DNA of 54,766 bases from an uncultured Clostridia bacterium. Lineage in GTDB: Bacteria > Bacillota > Clostridia > Christensenellales > UBA1242. A model generated the notes under the pieces. The model was not told where the DNA came from. It made no database searches and saw nothing but the letters and a program-made list of their open reading frames with translations. The first letter of the stretch is position 1; each line of letters begins with the position of its first letter. Below, piece by piece: positions 17,317 through 26,621 of this stretch. Where the stretch lies: contig CANQRE010000001.1 of NCBI GenBank assembly GCA_947626175.1, forward strand, positions 1 to 54,766, given 5' to 3'. The position numbers were made by a program, and so were the translations under genes.

Positions 17317-19188
17317 ATGAAAGAAGAATATGAGGCAATTGTTGTTGGAGCTGGGCATGCAGGCTGCGAAGCCGCCCTTGCCTTGGCAAGAAAAGGACAC
17401 AAAACGCTGCTAACCACCATAAGTTTGGATGCAGTGGCTTTTTTGGCGTGCAACCCATCAATTGGCGGCTCGGCAAAAGGTCAGCTTGTGAGCGAAGTTG
17501 ATGCTTTGGGCGGCGAAATGGGAATTATTGCCGACAAAACAACGCTGCAAATTCGCATGTTAAATCGTGGTCGTGGGCCAGCCGTGCAAAGTCTAAGGGC
17601 GCAAACGGACAAAACCCAATATCACACCGAAATGAAAAAGGTTGTTGAAAGCACCCCTAACCTATTTTTAAAACAAGCCGAAGTTGTTGACATCAAACAA
17701 AAAGGCGAAAACATATTTGTTAAAACCGCAGTTGGTGACATTTTTGTTGCAAAAGTTGTTGTTTTTGCAACAGGGGTTTATCTTGACAGTCGGATTATCA
17801 TCGGCTCTTACACTGAAAAAGTTGGTCCAAACGGATTTAAAAACGCCAAAAAGCTTTCTTCGTCCTTAAGAAAGCTCGGATTTGAGCTTCAACGATTTAA
17901 AACGGGAACGCCGGCAAGGGTTAACAAACGTAGCATAGATTTTTCGCAACTTGAAGTTCAGCCGGGCGATGACGACATTCAGTCTTTTTCATTTATGACA
18001 GATAAAAAAGCCAAAAATTCAGCAAATTGCTATTTGACTTACACAAACCCAACAACTCACGAAATAATCAAAGCCAATTTGGACAAAGCTCCAGCAATTT
18101 CAGGCGAAATAAAAGGTGTTGGGCCGCGATACTGCCCTTCAATTGAAATAAAAATCGTCAGATTTGCCGACAAGGACCGCCATCAACTGTTTTTGGAGCC
18201 AGAAGCCGCAAGCACAAGCGAAATATATTTGCAAGGCTTTTCAACTTCCATGCCTGCGGACATACAAAAAGAGATGATTCATTCGGTCAAAGGCCTTGAA
18301 AACGCTGAAATAATGCGTGACGCTTATGCGATTGAATATGATTGCATAAATCCAATTCAACTAAAACCTTCTTTGGAAAGTAAAATTTGCGAAGGAATGT
18401 TCTTTGCTGGCCAAATCAACGGAACAAGCGGCTATGAAGAAGCGGCCGCGCAAGGAATTATTGCCGGAATAAACGCCGCATTAAAACTTGAAGGCAAAGA
18501 TCCGCTTATTTTATCGCGCAGCGATGCCTATATCGGCGTGCTTATTGATGATATTGTCACAAAAGGAACAAGCGAACCTTACAGAATGATGACAAGCCGT
18601 GCGGAATATCGCCTTTCACTTAGGCAAGACAACGCAGATTTGCGCCTTACCGAAATTGGAAGAAAAGTTGGCCTTGTTGACGACAAGCGTTGGAAAAGAT
18701 TCCTTGCAAAAAAACGAAGCTTGGAACTTGCAAAACAAAAAATTCTTGAAAAAATGAAAATTGACAAAAAAATTAAAGAATTTTTTGAAAAAAATGGAGA
18801 AAATGTGCCAAAAAATTCAATTTCATACAAAGAAATGTTAAAACGATCAAACATTGATGCGTTTAAAATAAATAAAGAATTTGGCATTTTTCAAGGCCTA
18901 AATAACGATGTTTTAAATGAATTAAATTTAATTACAAAATTTGAAGGATATTTAAAACAACAGGAAGAAATAATTGAAAAAATGAAAAAAATGGAAAGAG
19001 AAATTATTCCAGAGGATTTTGATTATCAAAAGCAAAAAGGTTTGAAAATTGAAACAATCCAAAAACTTAGTCAAGTCAGGCCCTTAAATTTGGGACAAGC
19101 TTCACGCGTTTCAGGCGTTTCGCCGGCAGACATTGCTGTTTTGAGCGTGCTAATTAAAAAATTTAAGGAGAAAAAAGGTGAAAAGTGA
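17317..19188 (+). CDS. mnmG: tRNA uridine 5-carboxymethylaminomethyl modification enzyme MnmG
   Basis: 623 aa with the FAD motif VVGAGHAGCEAALA and GidA-family blocks (GPRYCPSIE, FFAGQINGTSGYEEAAAQG). Confidence 0.95.
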   Translation: MKEEYEAIVVGAGHAGCEAALALARKGHKTLLTTISLDAVAFLACNPSIGGSAKGQLVSEVDALGGEMGIIADKTTLQIRMLNRGRGPAVQSLRAQTDKTQYHTEMKKVVESTPNLFLKQAEVVDIKQKGENIFVKTAVGDIFVAKVVVFATGVYLDSRIIIGSYTEKVGPNGFKNAKKLSSSLRKLGFELQRFKTGTPARVNKRSIDFSQLEVQPGDDDIQSFSFMTDKKAKNSANCYLTYTNPTTHEIIKANLDKAPAISGEIKGVGPRYCPSIEIKIVRFADKDRHQLFLEPEAASTSEIYLQGFSTSMPADIQKEMIHSVKGLENAEIMRDAYAIEYDCINPIQLKPSLESKICEGMFFAGQINGTSGYEEAAAQGIIAGINAALKLEGKDPLILSRSDAYIGVLIDDIVTKGTSEPYRMMTSRAEYRLSLRQDNADLRLTEIGRKVGLVDDKRWKRFLAKKRSLELAKQKILEKMKIDKKIKEFFEKNGENVPKNSISYKEMLKRSNIDAFKINKEFGIFQGLNNDVLNELNLITKFEGYLKQQEEIIEKMKKMEREIIPEDFDYQKQKGLKIETIQKLSQVRPLNLGQASRVSGVSPADIAVLSVLIKKFKEKKGEK

Positions 19189-19861
19189 ACAAATAAAACA
19201 AAGGTTTCTCCAATATGGGTTCAAAATTTCATCAAATCAAGCGGAAAATTTTGAAAAATATTACGATTTTTTGATTGAAGAAAATCAAAAATACAATTTG
19301 ACAGCAATAACTGAGTTTGAAGATGTCGTTTTAAAGCATTTTATCGATTGTGCGCTTGGAATAAGTGATTTTTATGGCTCGGTGCTTGATGTTGGCTCTG
19401 GAGCGGGTTTTCCAGGAATTGTGCTTGCAATTTTAAATCCAAATCTCAAAATTACGCTTGTTGACAGCCTAAACAAAAGAGTTTTGTTTTTAAACAATCT
19501 TATTCAAAAGTTAGGGCTAAAAAACGTTAAAGCGCTGCACGAAAGGATTGAAGATTTTAAGGAAAAAGAAAAGTTTGATTGCGTGACCGCTCGCGCAGTT
19601 GCAAATTTGTCAACGCTTGCAGAATATCTTCTTCCATTTGTGAAGGTTGGCGGAAGAGCTGTGATATACAAAGGTTCGGATTTTTATGATGAAGTTGAAA
19701 AAGCAAAAAATGCGATAAAAATTCTTGGCGGGCAAACCGAAGAAATAAAAAGATTTGTTTTAAAGGATATGGCTCGAGCAATCATATCGCTTAAAAAAAT
19801 TGCAAAAACTCCTGAAAAATATCCAAGAAAAAGCAATTTGCCGCGAAAAAGTCCACTTTAA
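19178..19861 (+). CDS. rsmG: 16S rRNA (guanine527-N7)-methyltransferase RsmG
   Basis: 227 aa. GTG start after AAGGAG, SAM motif LDVGSGAGFPGI, and synteny after mnmG. Confidence 0.9.
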   Translation: MKSEQIKQRFLQYGFKISSNQAENFEKYYDFLIEENQKYNLTAITEFEDVVLKHFIDCALGISDFYGSVLDVGSGAGFPGIVLAILNPNLKITLVDSLNKRVLFLNNLIQKLGLKNVKALHERIEDFKEKEKFDCVTARAVANLSTLAEYLLPFVKVGGRAVIYKGSDFYDEVEKAKNAIKILGGQTEEIKRFVLKDMARAIISLKKIAKTPEKYPRKSNLPRKSPL

Positions 19862-19955
19862 ACCCAAAAATTTGGCTTTTTGGGTTAATTTTTGTTTATT
19901 TTTGAAAGCTTTTGTGTTATTATAAGGTGAAATATACCGACAAGAGAGGAAAAAC

Positions 19956-20783
19956 ATGGGAAAGATTATTTCTTTTGCAAATCAAAAAGGCGGGGTTGGA
20001 AAAACAACAACATGTGTCAATCTTTCAGCGTATCTTGCTGTTATGGGACAAAAAGTGTTGATCCTTGACCTAGATCCGCAAGGAAATGCAACTTCTGGGG
20101 TTGGAATTGAAAAAAAGAAAAGTTTAAAAACGGTTTATGACCTTATTGATGGCGACTGCCCTGTTGAAGAAGTGATTTTGCCAACAAGGATTGTAGGACT
20201 TGACATAATTCCGTCAACGGTTGATTTGGCCGCGGCAGAAATTTCACTTGTTTCAATTCAAAACAGAGAGAAAATATTGAAAAACATACTGGAACAAGTG
20301 AAGGATAGTTATGATTTCATAATGATTGACTGCCAGCCGTCACTTGGATTATTGACCGTGAACGCCCTAACCGCTTCGGACAGCGTTATCATTCCAATGC
20401 AATGTGAATTTTATGCGCTGGACGGAATCACACAGCTTATGAACACGATTAGGCTTGTTAAATTTCACCTTAATCCAAGCTTGGACGTTGAAGGCGTTGT
20501 TCGAACAATGAAAGACAATCGTTCAAACTTAATAAATCAAGTAAGCCAGGAGATCATAAAGTTTTTCAAAAGTAAGGTTTTTGAAACGTATATTCCGCGA
20601 AATATCAGGCTTGCCGAAGCTCCAAGCCATGGCTTGCCAATTGTGCTTTATGACCCTTCTTCAAAGGGCGCAGAAGCTTATTTGTCGCTTGCGGAAGAGT
20701 TTTTAAACAGAAACAAAATTAAGTATAAAACTATAACTAAACATACGAAAATTCAGCTAAGAGGAGAAGAAAACAATGGTTAA
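19956..20783 (+). CDS. parA: Chromosome partitioning ATPase ParA/Soj
   Basis: 275 aa with the deviant Walker A NQKGGVGKTTT. Confidence 0.92.
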   Translation: MGKIISFANQKGGVGKTTTCVNLSAYLAVMGQKVLILDLDPQGNATSGVGIEKKKSLKTVYDLIDGDCPVEEVILPTRIVGLDIIPSTVDLAAAEISLVSIQNREKILKNILEQVKDSYDFIMIDCQPSLGLLTVNALTASDSVIIPMQCEFYALDGITQLMNTIRLVKFHLNPSLDVEGVVRTMKDNRSNLINQVSQEIIKFFKSKVFETYIPRNIRLAEAPSHGLPIVLYDPSSKGAEAYLSLAEEFLNRNKIKYKTITKHTKIQLRGEENNG

Positions 20784-21651
20784 ACATGGTCTTGGAAGAG
20801 GAATTGAAAGCCTTTTTGCGATGTATGACGAGGAGCCTTCAGCTCAGCCATCATCCCCTGTACAAAAACAGGTTGATGTTGTTTCGCTTGGGCTTATCCA
20901 CACAAATCCAAATCAGCCACGAAAGCATTTTGATGAAGAGTCTTTAAACGAGCTTGCAAATTCAATAAAGGTTCACGGCGTTATTCAGCCGATTGTTTTA
21001 AATGATAACCATGATGGCACATATATGATAATCGCCGGCGAAAGACGTTTTCGTGCAGCAAAAAAGGCTGGCCTTACTGAAATCCCTGCAATAATAAAAA
21101 ATTATTCAGACAAACAAATTAAAGAAATTTCGATCATAGAAAACTTGCAAAGAGAAGATTTAAATCCAATTGAAGCAGCCAGAGCAATCAAGCAACTCAT
21201 GGAAGAATATAAGCTTAGCCAAGAGGCGGTTTCAGACAGAATCGGAAAAAGTCGCTCCAACATTGCAAACACGCTTAGGCTTTTAAACCTTTATCCAGAA
21301 GTTTTGAATATGGTTGAAAAAGGCCTTCTTTCATCTGGCCACGCAAGAGCCCTTGTTGTTGTGTTAGATCACAATTCGCAAATCAGGCTTGCAAATCAAG
21401 CGATAAAAGAAAAATGGAACGTTCGTGATCTTGAAAAAGCTGTCAGAAAGTTGCAACATCCGGAAAGCAAGGCAAAACCACATGTTGAACAGTCGCTTGA
21501 GTTAAAATCTTTGCTTCTTTCAATGCAACGAACGTTTGGAACAAAGGTTTCGGTGATTGGAAACGACAAAAAAGGAAGGATATATATTGACTATTATTCA
21601 AGAGATGATCTTGATCGGATTGCTGACCTTCTGACTTTGATAAGAAAATAA
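20776..21651 (+). CDS. parB: Chromosome partitioning protein ParB/Spo0J
   Basis: 291 aa. ParB box GERRFRAA, HTH region, and an 8-nt overlap with parA. Confidence 0.92.
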   Translation: MVKHGLGRGIESLFAMYDEEPSAQPSSPVQKQVDVVSLGLIHTNPNQPRKHFDEESLNELANSIKVHGVIQPIVLNDNHDGTYMIIAGERRFRAAKKAGLTEIPAIIKNYSDKQIKEISIIENLQREDLNPIEAARAIKQLMEEYKLSQEAVSDRIGKSRSNIANTLRLLNLYPEVLNMVEKGLLSSGHARALVVVLDHNSQIRLANQAIKEKWNVRDLEKAVRKLQHPESKAKPHVEQSLELKSLLLSMQRTFGTKVSVIGNDKKGRIYIDYYSRDDLDRIADLLTLIRK

Positions 21652-21678
21652 ATTCCTTTAAAACAAACAATTTTATGT

Positions 21679-21707
21679 AAAAACTTGCCCATGCAGGCAA
21701 GTTTTTT
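21679..21707 (+). terminator. Rho-independent terminator after parB
   Basis: AAAACTTGCC-catgca-GGCAAGTTTT followed by a T-run. Confidence 0.7.
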
Positions 21708-21920
21708 GTTGTGTGCAGACAAAAAAATTGAGCAATTCTTAGTAAACCGAAAATTAAAACGACAAAGCTGAAAAGGTTGCAAGCAGAAAAGTCAAAGCAA
21801 AGCATAGTAAAGCAAAGAATACTTAAATGTTTGCTTGCAAACGAAAAGCCGCGGCTAAAAATAGAGAGTAAATTTAAAACGAGCATAGAACCACAACAAA
21901 AAGCAGTGTTCAAACAAAAA

Positions 21921-21936
21921 TGTTTCACGTGAAACA
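21921..21936. other. parS centromere site 1
   Basis: Perfect 16-bp palindrome TGTTTCACGTGAAACA, matching the Firmicute parS consensus TGTTNCACGTGAAACA. Confidence 0.85.
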
Positions 21937-22248
21937 ATTTGAAGGATAAGGCCCTAAAAGTTTAATATAGAATTGCTTTTATGTAACCTTAACGATGGCT
22001 TTAACGATTGGATCGGGCTGTTTTGATACGATTGACCGTGTTAAGTTTTGTTGTTGTTTAGTAGAAGCCTGTTTGCTTAAATTAATGTTTAAAACAAAGC
22101 TTTGAAATGTGCGGTGTTTTGAAAAAAGAAGGGTGTTTCAAAATAAGCGTTGATTAAAAAGTGTAAGTTATTAAAGGAAAAGCTTTTCTAACCCGTAATA
22201 ATCGCTCAAAAAATGTGTTAAAAGATAAACTGTCCTAACTCGTAAAAA

Positions 22249-22264
22249 TGTTTCACGTGAAACA
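22249..22264. other. parS centromere site 2
   Basis: A second identical copy, TGTTTCACGTGAAACA, with the same AAAA/ATT flanks, 328 bp from site 1. Confidence 0.85.
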
Positions 22265-22569
22265 ATTGAGCGTGCCAACTTGCCAACATTAATTTAGCAA
22301 CTTGCTAAAACGTTGAGATTTGCTGCTTGATAAGGGGTCTTTGACTAGGTGTTAAAACAATTCTTATTGTTATTTATGAAAAAGAAACGTCTATATTCAA
22401 AAGGATTAAGCAAACAAGGAAACAATAATGGAAAGGCAAGTTGATGATTGGGTTGTAAAACTGGTGGGCGGCAAAACAAGCAAACAAATCAATCTAACAA
22501 AAAAACTGAAAGAAGATGAACAAATGTGGAAGAAAGAAAGAGAGAAAGTGAGCAGACAAAAAGAATAGA

Positions 22570-23010
22570 GTCAAGCAAGTGAGAAAATACGTTGAGTGAA
22601 TAAAGGTTTGGGCGGGTTAATAAAAGTTTGAATGAGTGATAAGGGGATGAGTGATAAGAAGATGAGTTATAAGTTTGATGAGTGATAGGAATGATTGAAT
22701 GAGTAAGATTATAAGTAACATAGTGAGAAAGAAAGTAAGTAAGTAAGTAAGGTTTTGAACAAGTAAAAGTAGGAAAGCGACCAAGTGAGATTTTGAGTGG
22801 GAAGGTGAGATAGTGAGATGTTGAGATGAAGCACGGTGAGCAGGTAGGTTTATTTTGAGCAGATGAGTAAGAAGTGTTTTTGAGCAGATGAGTAAGAAGA
22901 GTGCTTTAGTAGGGAGCAAGCGAGCAAGAGAGTAAGTGAGTTGCTGGGAGTGTTGGAGAGATGGTGATGTAGGAACTGGTGAGTGAGATGCGGGCGAATG
23001 TGTGTTTTGC
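22570..23010 (+). repeat. C-depleted G/A/T tract with degenerate 15-16-nt periodic repeats and a 22-nt perfect direct repeat
   Basis: I count only 16 C in 22621-22980 (360 nt). ATGAGTGATAAG-like units start at 22632, 22647, 22662 and 22678. TTTTGAGCAGATGAGTAAGAAG occurs at 22853-22874 and 22878-22899. Confidence 0.8.
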
Positions 23011-23224
23011 TAGAATTACATTTGTTTTTAAGTCAAGTTAAATGTTGATTTAAGTTAATAAAAATGTTTTTGCAAAAAGTTATGATTACATAACTATGAT
23101 TGTTGTTTTCCAAATAGAACGGCGAAACTATGAACTTTAACAAACGACGAAACAAAGTGTTAAAACGTTTGACAAAAGCGGGTATATCGTTGTAAAATAT
23201 GCTTGTGATTTTAAGGAGGATAAC

Positions 23225-23773
23225 ATGAAAAAAACACAATGGGAAGGGTCTAAAACCCAACAAAATTTGAGAGACGCTTTTGCTGGAGAAAGCCAAGCAA
23301 GGAACAAATACACCTATTTTGCTTCAAAAGCAAGAAAGGACGGATATGAGCAAATTGCTTCAGTTTTTGAAGAAACAGCAAACAATGAAAAAGAACATGC
23401 AAAAATCTGGTTTAAATATTTGGCTGGCGGCGATGTGAATGCTACATATGAAAATTTGCTTGAAGCTGCAGCTGGCGAACATGGAGAATGGACCGAAATG
23501 TATGCAAGAATGGCAAAAGAAGCAAAAGAAGAAGGTTTTGCCGAGATTGCTTACAAACTGGCCGCTGTTGCAGATATTGAAAAACGACATGAAGAAAGAT
23601 TTAAAAAGATTGCAAAATTGATCAAAGAGAAAACAGTGTTCAAGAAAACTACAAAAAAAGTTTGGATTTGCAGAAACTGTGGCCATGTTTATGTTGGGGA
23701 TGAAGCTCCAAAGGTTTGCCCAGTATGCAATCATCCACAAGCTTATTTTGAAATATTGAAAGAAGAGTTTTAA
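23225..23773 (+). CDS. rbr: Rubrerythrin
   Basis: 182 aa. Ferritin-like diiron N-domain (NLRDAFAGESQARNKYTYFA, EKEHAKIW) and a C-terminal rubredoxin-like CRNCGH...CPVCNHP. Confidence 0.92.
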   Translation: MKKTQWEGSKTQQNLRDAFAGESQARNKYTYFASKARKDGYEQIASVFEETANNEKEHAKIWFKYLAGGDVNATYENLLEAAAGEHGEWTEMYARMAKEAKEEGFAEIAYKLAAVADIEKRHEERFKKIAKLIKEKTVFKKTTKKVWICRNCGHVYVGDEAPKVCPVCNHPQAYFEILKEEF

Positions 23774-23888
23774 GTGAAAATTTGATTAAAAATTATCAAA
23801 AAAACCGTAATATTTTGTAAAAAACAAAAAAATATTGGTTTTTTTCGCTTTAAAAAACAAGTGACTTACAATTTATAAGGATGATTTT

Positions 23889-24614
23889 ATGTGGTATTCA
23901 ATGCTTATAGGTGTTTGCTTGGCAATTGCATTGATGGCGTATTTTTTGCTGAGCAGAAAGATTAAAATGCCAACAGTGAACACCGAAATTTTGGTAAAAA
24001 AATATAATAACAGGCTTGTAAAACTTGAAAAATTTTTAAAAAAGAACAAAATTGAAGGTCAAGTTGGACAGTTTTTCAGTCAGATTGAAAAAAAAGACAT
24101 TTCACAAAACGCTGTGAAGGAAAATATTGAAACAATAAAAAAAATCGAAGACAACAACGAACTTATTGAAGAAATATTTTTGGCGCAAAACAAAAAGGAA
24201 GTTCAAGAAAAGTTTTCCAAACTGCAAGAAGGTTGCGTTTTGTTTGAATTTGCTGGTGAACTTGAGCCGAGCGATGATGAGATTTTGTTTGATATGATTG
24301 GTTTTTCAAAAACAAAGCTTGATTTTGAACAGCAACGATATTTTGGGTCGCAATATTTTTACAAAATTCAAGAAAAAATTGTTTTTGTTATGAATTCTTG
24401 TGCTTTGGTTGTCGAACCGAAAAATATATTTGAATCAAAAATTGTTAATTTTGATGTAAATGTTCAAAAAAATAAAGAAAAAAGCACAAAAAATGAGCCA
24501 ATTTATGAAATTGTGTTCAAATTTGAAGCGGAAGAATCAAAAACGCTTCTAAGTGTTCCGCAAAAAGAAAATCAGAAAATCCTCAACAAATATATAAAAA
24601 AAGCCTCCGCCTAA
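23889..24614 (+). CDS. Hypothetical N-terminally membrane-anchored protein
   Basis: 241 aa with one N-terminal hydrophobic helix. A terminator hairpin overlaps the stop codon. No motif I recognise. Confidence 0.55.
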   Translation: MWYSMLIGVCLAIALMAYFLLSRKIKMPTVNTEILVKKYNNRLVKLEKFLKKNKIEGQVGQFFSQIEKKDISQNAVKENIETIKKIEDNNELIEEIFLAQNKKEVQEKFSKLQEGCVLFEFAGELEPSDDEILFDMIGFSKTKLDFEQQRYFGSQYFYKIQEKIVFVMNSCALVVEPKNIFESKIVNFDVNVQKNKEKSTKNEPIYEIVFKFEAEESKTLLSVPQKENQKILNKYIKKASA

Positions 24615-24632
24615 CGCGAAGGTTTTTTTTTG

Positions 24633-24857
24633 TTAATCAATCCACAGGACTCTGTCTTGCATGATTATTGTGATCATATCAACAAGCCAAAGGAAGAAAA
24701 TTCCAACGAAGATGATCAACACTGCCAAAATTATTCCAACGACATTGTTTTTTTCGATGCTGCGGAAAAGTCTGTAAACAACCCAAACAATATCAAGGAA
24801 AGGCAGGGCCAAAACAACTTTGAGCCACTTTGGAAGTTCGTCAAAAGTTTTAACCAT
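24633..24857 (-). CDS. Small two-helix membrane protein
   Basis: 74 aa counted from the ATG at 24857, preceded by AAGGAG. The track ORF is longer. Two hydrophobic segments. Confidence 0.55.
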   Translation of the reverse strand: MVKTFDELPKWLKVVLALPFLDIVWVVYRLFRSIEKNNVVGIILAVLIIFVGIFFLWLVDMITIIMQDRVLWID

Positions 24858-25071
24858 ATTCTCGCTCCTTTTATTATTTTTTTTCACCCAAATAATATCG
24901 CAATAACACTGTTTTGTCAACAAAATAAATATATGTTTTGAGAGTGTGAATATGTTATTTATATAATATATAAGATAATAAAATCATTATAATTGTTCGG
25001 CGTTTTTATGAAAGTGGGCCAGTTTGCGGCTTTGATTTGAACATTTCAACGCAAAAAGTTTTAAAAACAAA

Positions 25072-25842
25072 TCAATACGTGAAGTGAACTTTTATTTTTG
25101 CGCGAACATTAAGTTTTCCTGCAAAAATCGAACTGCCGCTTGAAAGCGTTTCAATGTTTGAAATTTTGCAAGGATTTACGCAGCAAACATATTCTTCATG
25201 GATTCCGGCAACAGTTGGCTCTTCGTCAGACAAAACATTGGCTTTGGCTTTTGCGTCTTCCAATGCTTTGGCAAGTGCCTGCTCATAATATTCGCTTGAG
25301 TTTGAACAGCCAAAAGTAACTCCTTCAAACCTGTTTGCCCCTAGCGAAAGCATATTGTCAACGTGCGTGCCAACGTTTTCAATGTCGGAAAGTTTGATTT
25401 CAAGTGTTCTGTAAACATGATAAAGCGATTGCTGCTCATTTTCGGTGAAGTTTTGATATTCATAAACGCTGTAATAATTTGTGCGGATGTTGTTTTCTTC
25501 AATCCCTTGAGAAGAAAGATACTCGTGCAGCTTTTGCATTATTTGATTGTTTTCTTCAGTTGCGCTGCCTATTTCAGAGCCGCTTGTTTCCGCCCCAATT
25601 GTTATTGTTGCAGTGTCGGGAGATGCAAGCACGCATGCTTCGCCCCACACAAAAATGTGGCGATGGCAAATGTTTGGAACGGAGCTTTGTTCGTCCGCGG
25701 CAACCGCAGCGGGAACCGCTTGCTGCAAAAGCTCGTTTGTTTCGTCAGCCAAAAGGGGTTGTGTTTCAGGGCTAAGGCCGCCGCCAATCAGCAAAGCGGC
25801 TCCAAGAGAAGCGATTGACAAAAGTGATAAAATTTTTTTCAT
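25072..25842 (-). CDS. Secreted SIMPL/DUF541-like protein
   Basis: 256 aa with a signal peptide (MKKILSLLSIASLGAALLIGGG). The layout (PDTATITIG..., IRTNYYSVY..., LGANRFEGVTF) resembles the SIMPL domain. Confidence 0.6.
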   Translation of the reverse strand: MKKILSLLSIASLGAALLIGGGLSPETQPLLADETNELLQQAVPAAVAADEQSSVPNICHRHIFVWGEACVLASPDTATITIGAETSGSEIGSATEENNQIMQKLHEYLSSQGIEENNIRTNYYSVYEYQNFTENEQQSLYHVYRTLEIKLSDIENVGTHVDNMLSLGANRFEGVTFGCSNSSEYYEQALAKALEDAKAKANVLSDEEPTVAGIHEEYVCCVNPCKISNIETLSSGSSIFAGKLNVRAKIKVHFTY

Positions 25843-25921
25843 AAAAAACCTCCACGTTTAAAATGCGTGGAGAAAAATTTCTTATTCAAACTCGTGTAAA
25901 AACGACAAAATTTTTGCGTTG

Positions 25922-26326
25922 TTAAATCAAAATTTCGTCACAGCGATCCAAAAGGTCTTCAAAGTTGTCGATTGATGCTTGCTGTTCTTCGGTCAAGTCA
26001 TAAAAATTTGACATTGGAACTGCGTCAACATAATCAACATGTGCGTGCTGCACTTGATCCTTTCGTAAAAAGGTGAATCTGTTGTCGGGAGTCGCGCTTT
26101 TGCAAGCAAATTGCAACATTCCAAGTTTTTTTTGAGAGTCCACGGCGTCAATATTAACAAAAAATTCGCAACCCTTAACTCTTGCAAAAACTCTATTGTG
26201 TTTTATGGTTGAGCAGAATCCGTTCGAGCGAAAACTGCTAAGATTGTTAACATGCTTTATGTCGCCAACATAATAATCTTGCACTTTCAAATCAAAATTT
26301 GTCTTTTGTTCAAATAAGTCTTTCAT
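25922..26326 (-). CDS. Hypothetical protein
   Basis: 134 aa counted from the ATG at 26326, preceded by GGAG. No motif I recognise. Confidence 0.5.
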   Translation of the reverse strand: MKDLFEQKTNFDLKVQDYYVGDIKHVNNLSSFRSNGFCSTIKHNRVFARVKGCEFFVNIDAVDSQKKLGMLQFACKSATPDNRFTFLRKDQVQHAHVDYVDAVPMSNFYDLTEEQQASIDNFEDLLDRCDEILI

Positions 26327-26523
26327 TTTTATCTCCAGGACTATAGTATAACACAACGCCCGATTTTGTCAATATATAGTAAAAATCTTTTGCGAAAATT
26401 TTGACCAAAATTGACAAATTTTAAAAAATTTTGAAACCAAAAACCGCCACGATATTTATCAAATTAGAACTGTCATATTGGCATTTTCTAGCAAAAACGA
26501 AATAGTTAAAAATTAGCTAAAAA

Positions 26524-26571
26524 ACACAATATATATTATTTTTGAAAATTGCTTGACACAATATATTGTGT
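26524..26571. promoter_or_regulatory. Tandem NrdR boxes overlapping the nrdD promoter
   Basis: ACACAATATATATTAT (26524-26539) and the perfect palindrome ACACAATATATTGTGT (26556-26571), with starts 32 bp apart. Box 2 overlaps -35 TTGACA (26553-26558); an extended -10, TGCTATGTT, follows. Confidence 0.8.
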
Positions 26572-26621
26572 TGTGCTATGTTGAAGATAGCTAAAAAAGC
26601 AACAAAAGGAGAACTAAGAAA

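Noticed and set aside
21443-21937. 164-aa minus-strand ORF starting inside parS and overlapping the parB 3-prime end
   Set aside because: A TTG start formed by the parS palindrome itself, a 209-nt antisense overlap with parB, and no RBS.
22617-22919. 100-aa minus-strand ORF inside the C-depleted tract
   Set aside because: TTG start, no RBS, and a repetitive LITH/LLT peptide dictated by the repeat composition. It stays open only because the plus strand lacks the complements of stop codons.
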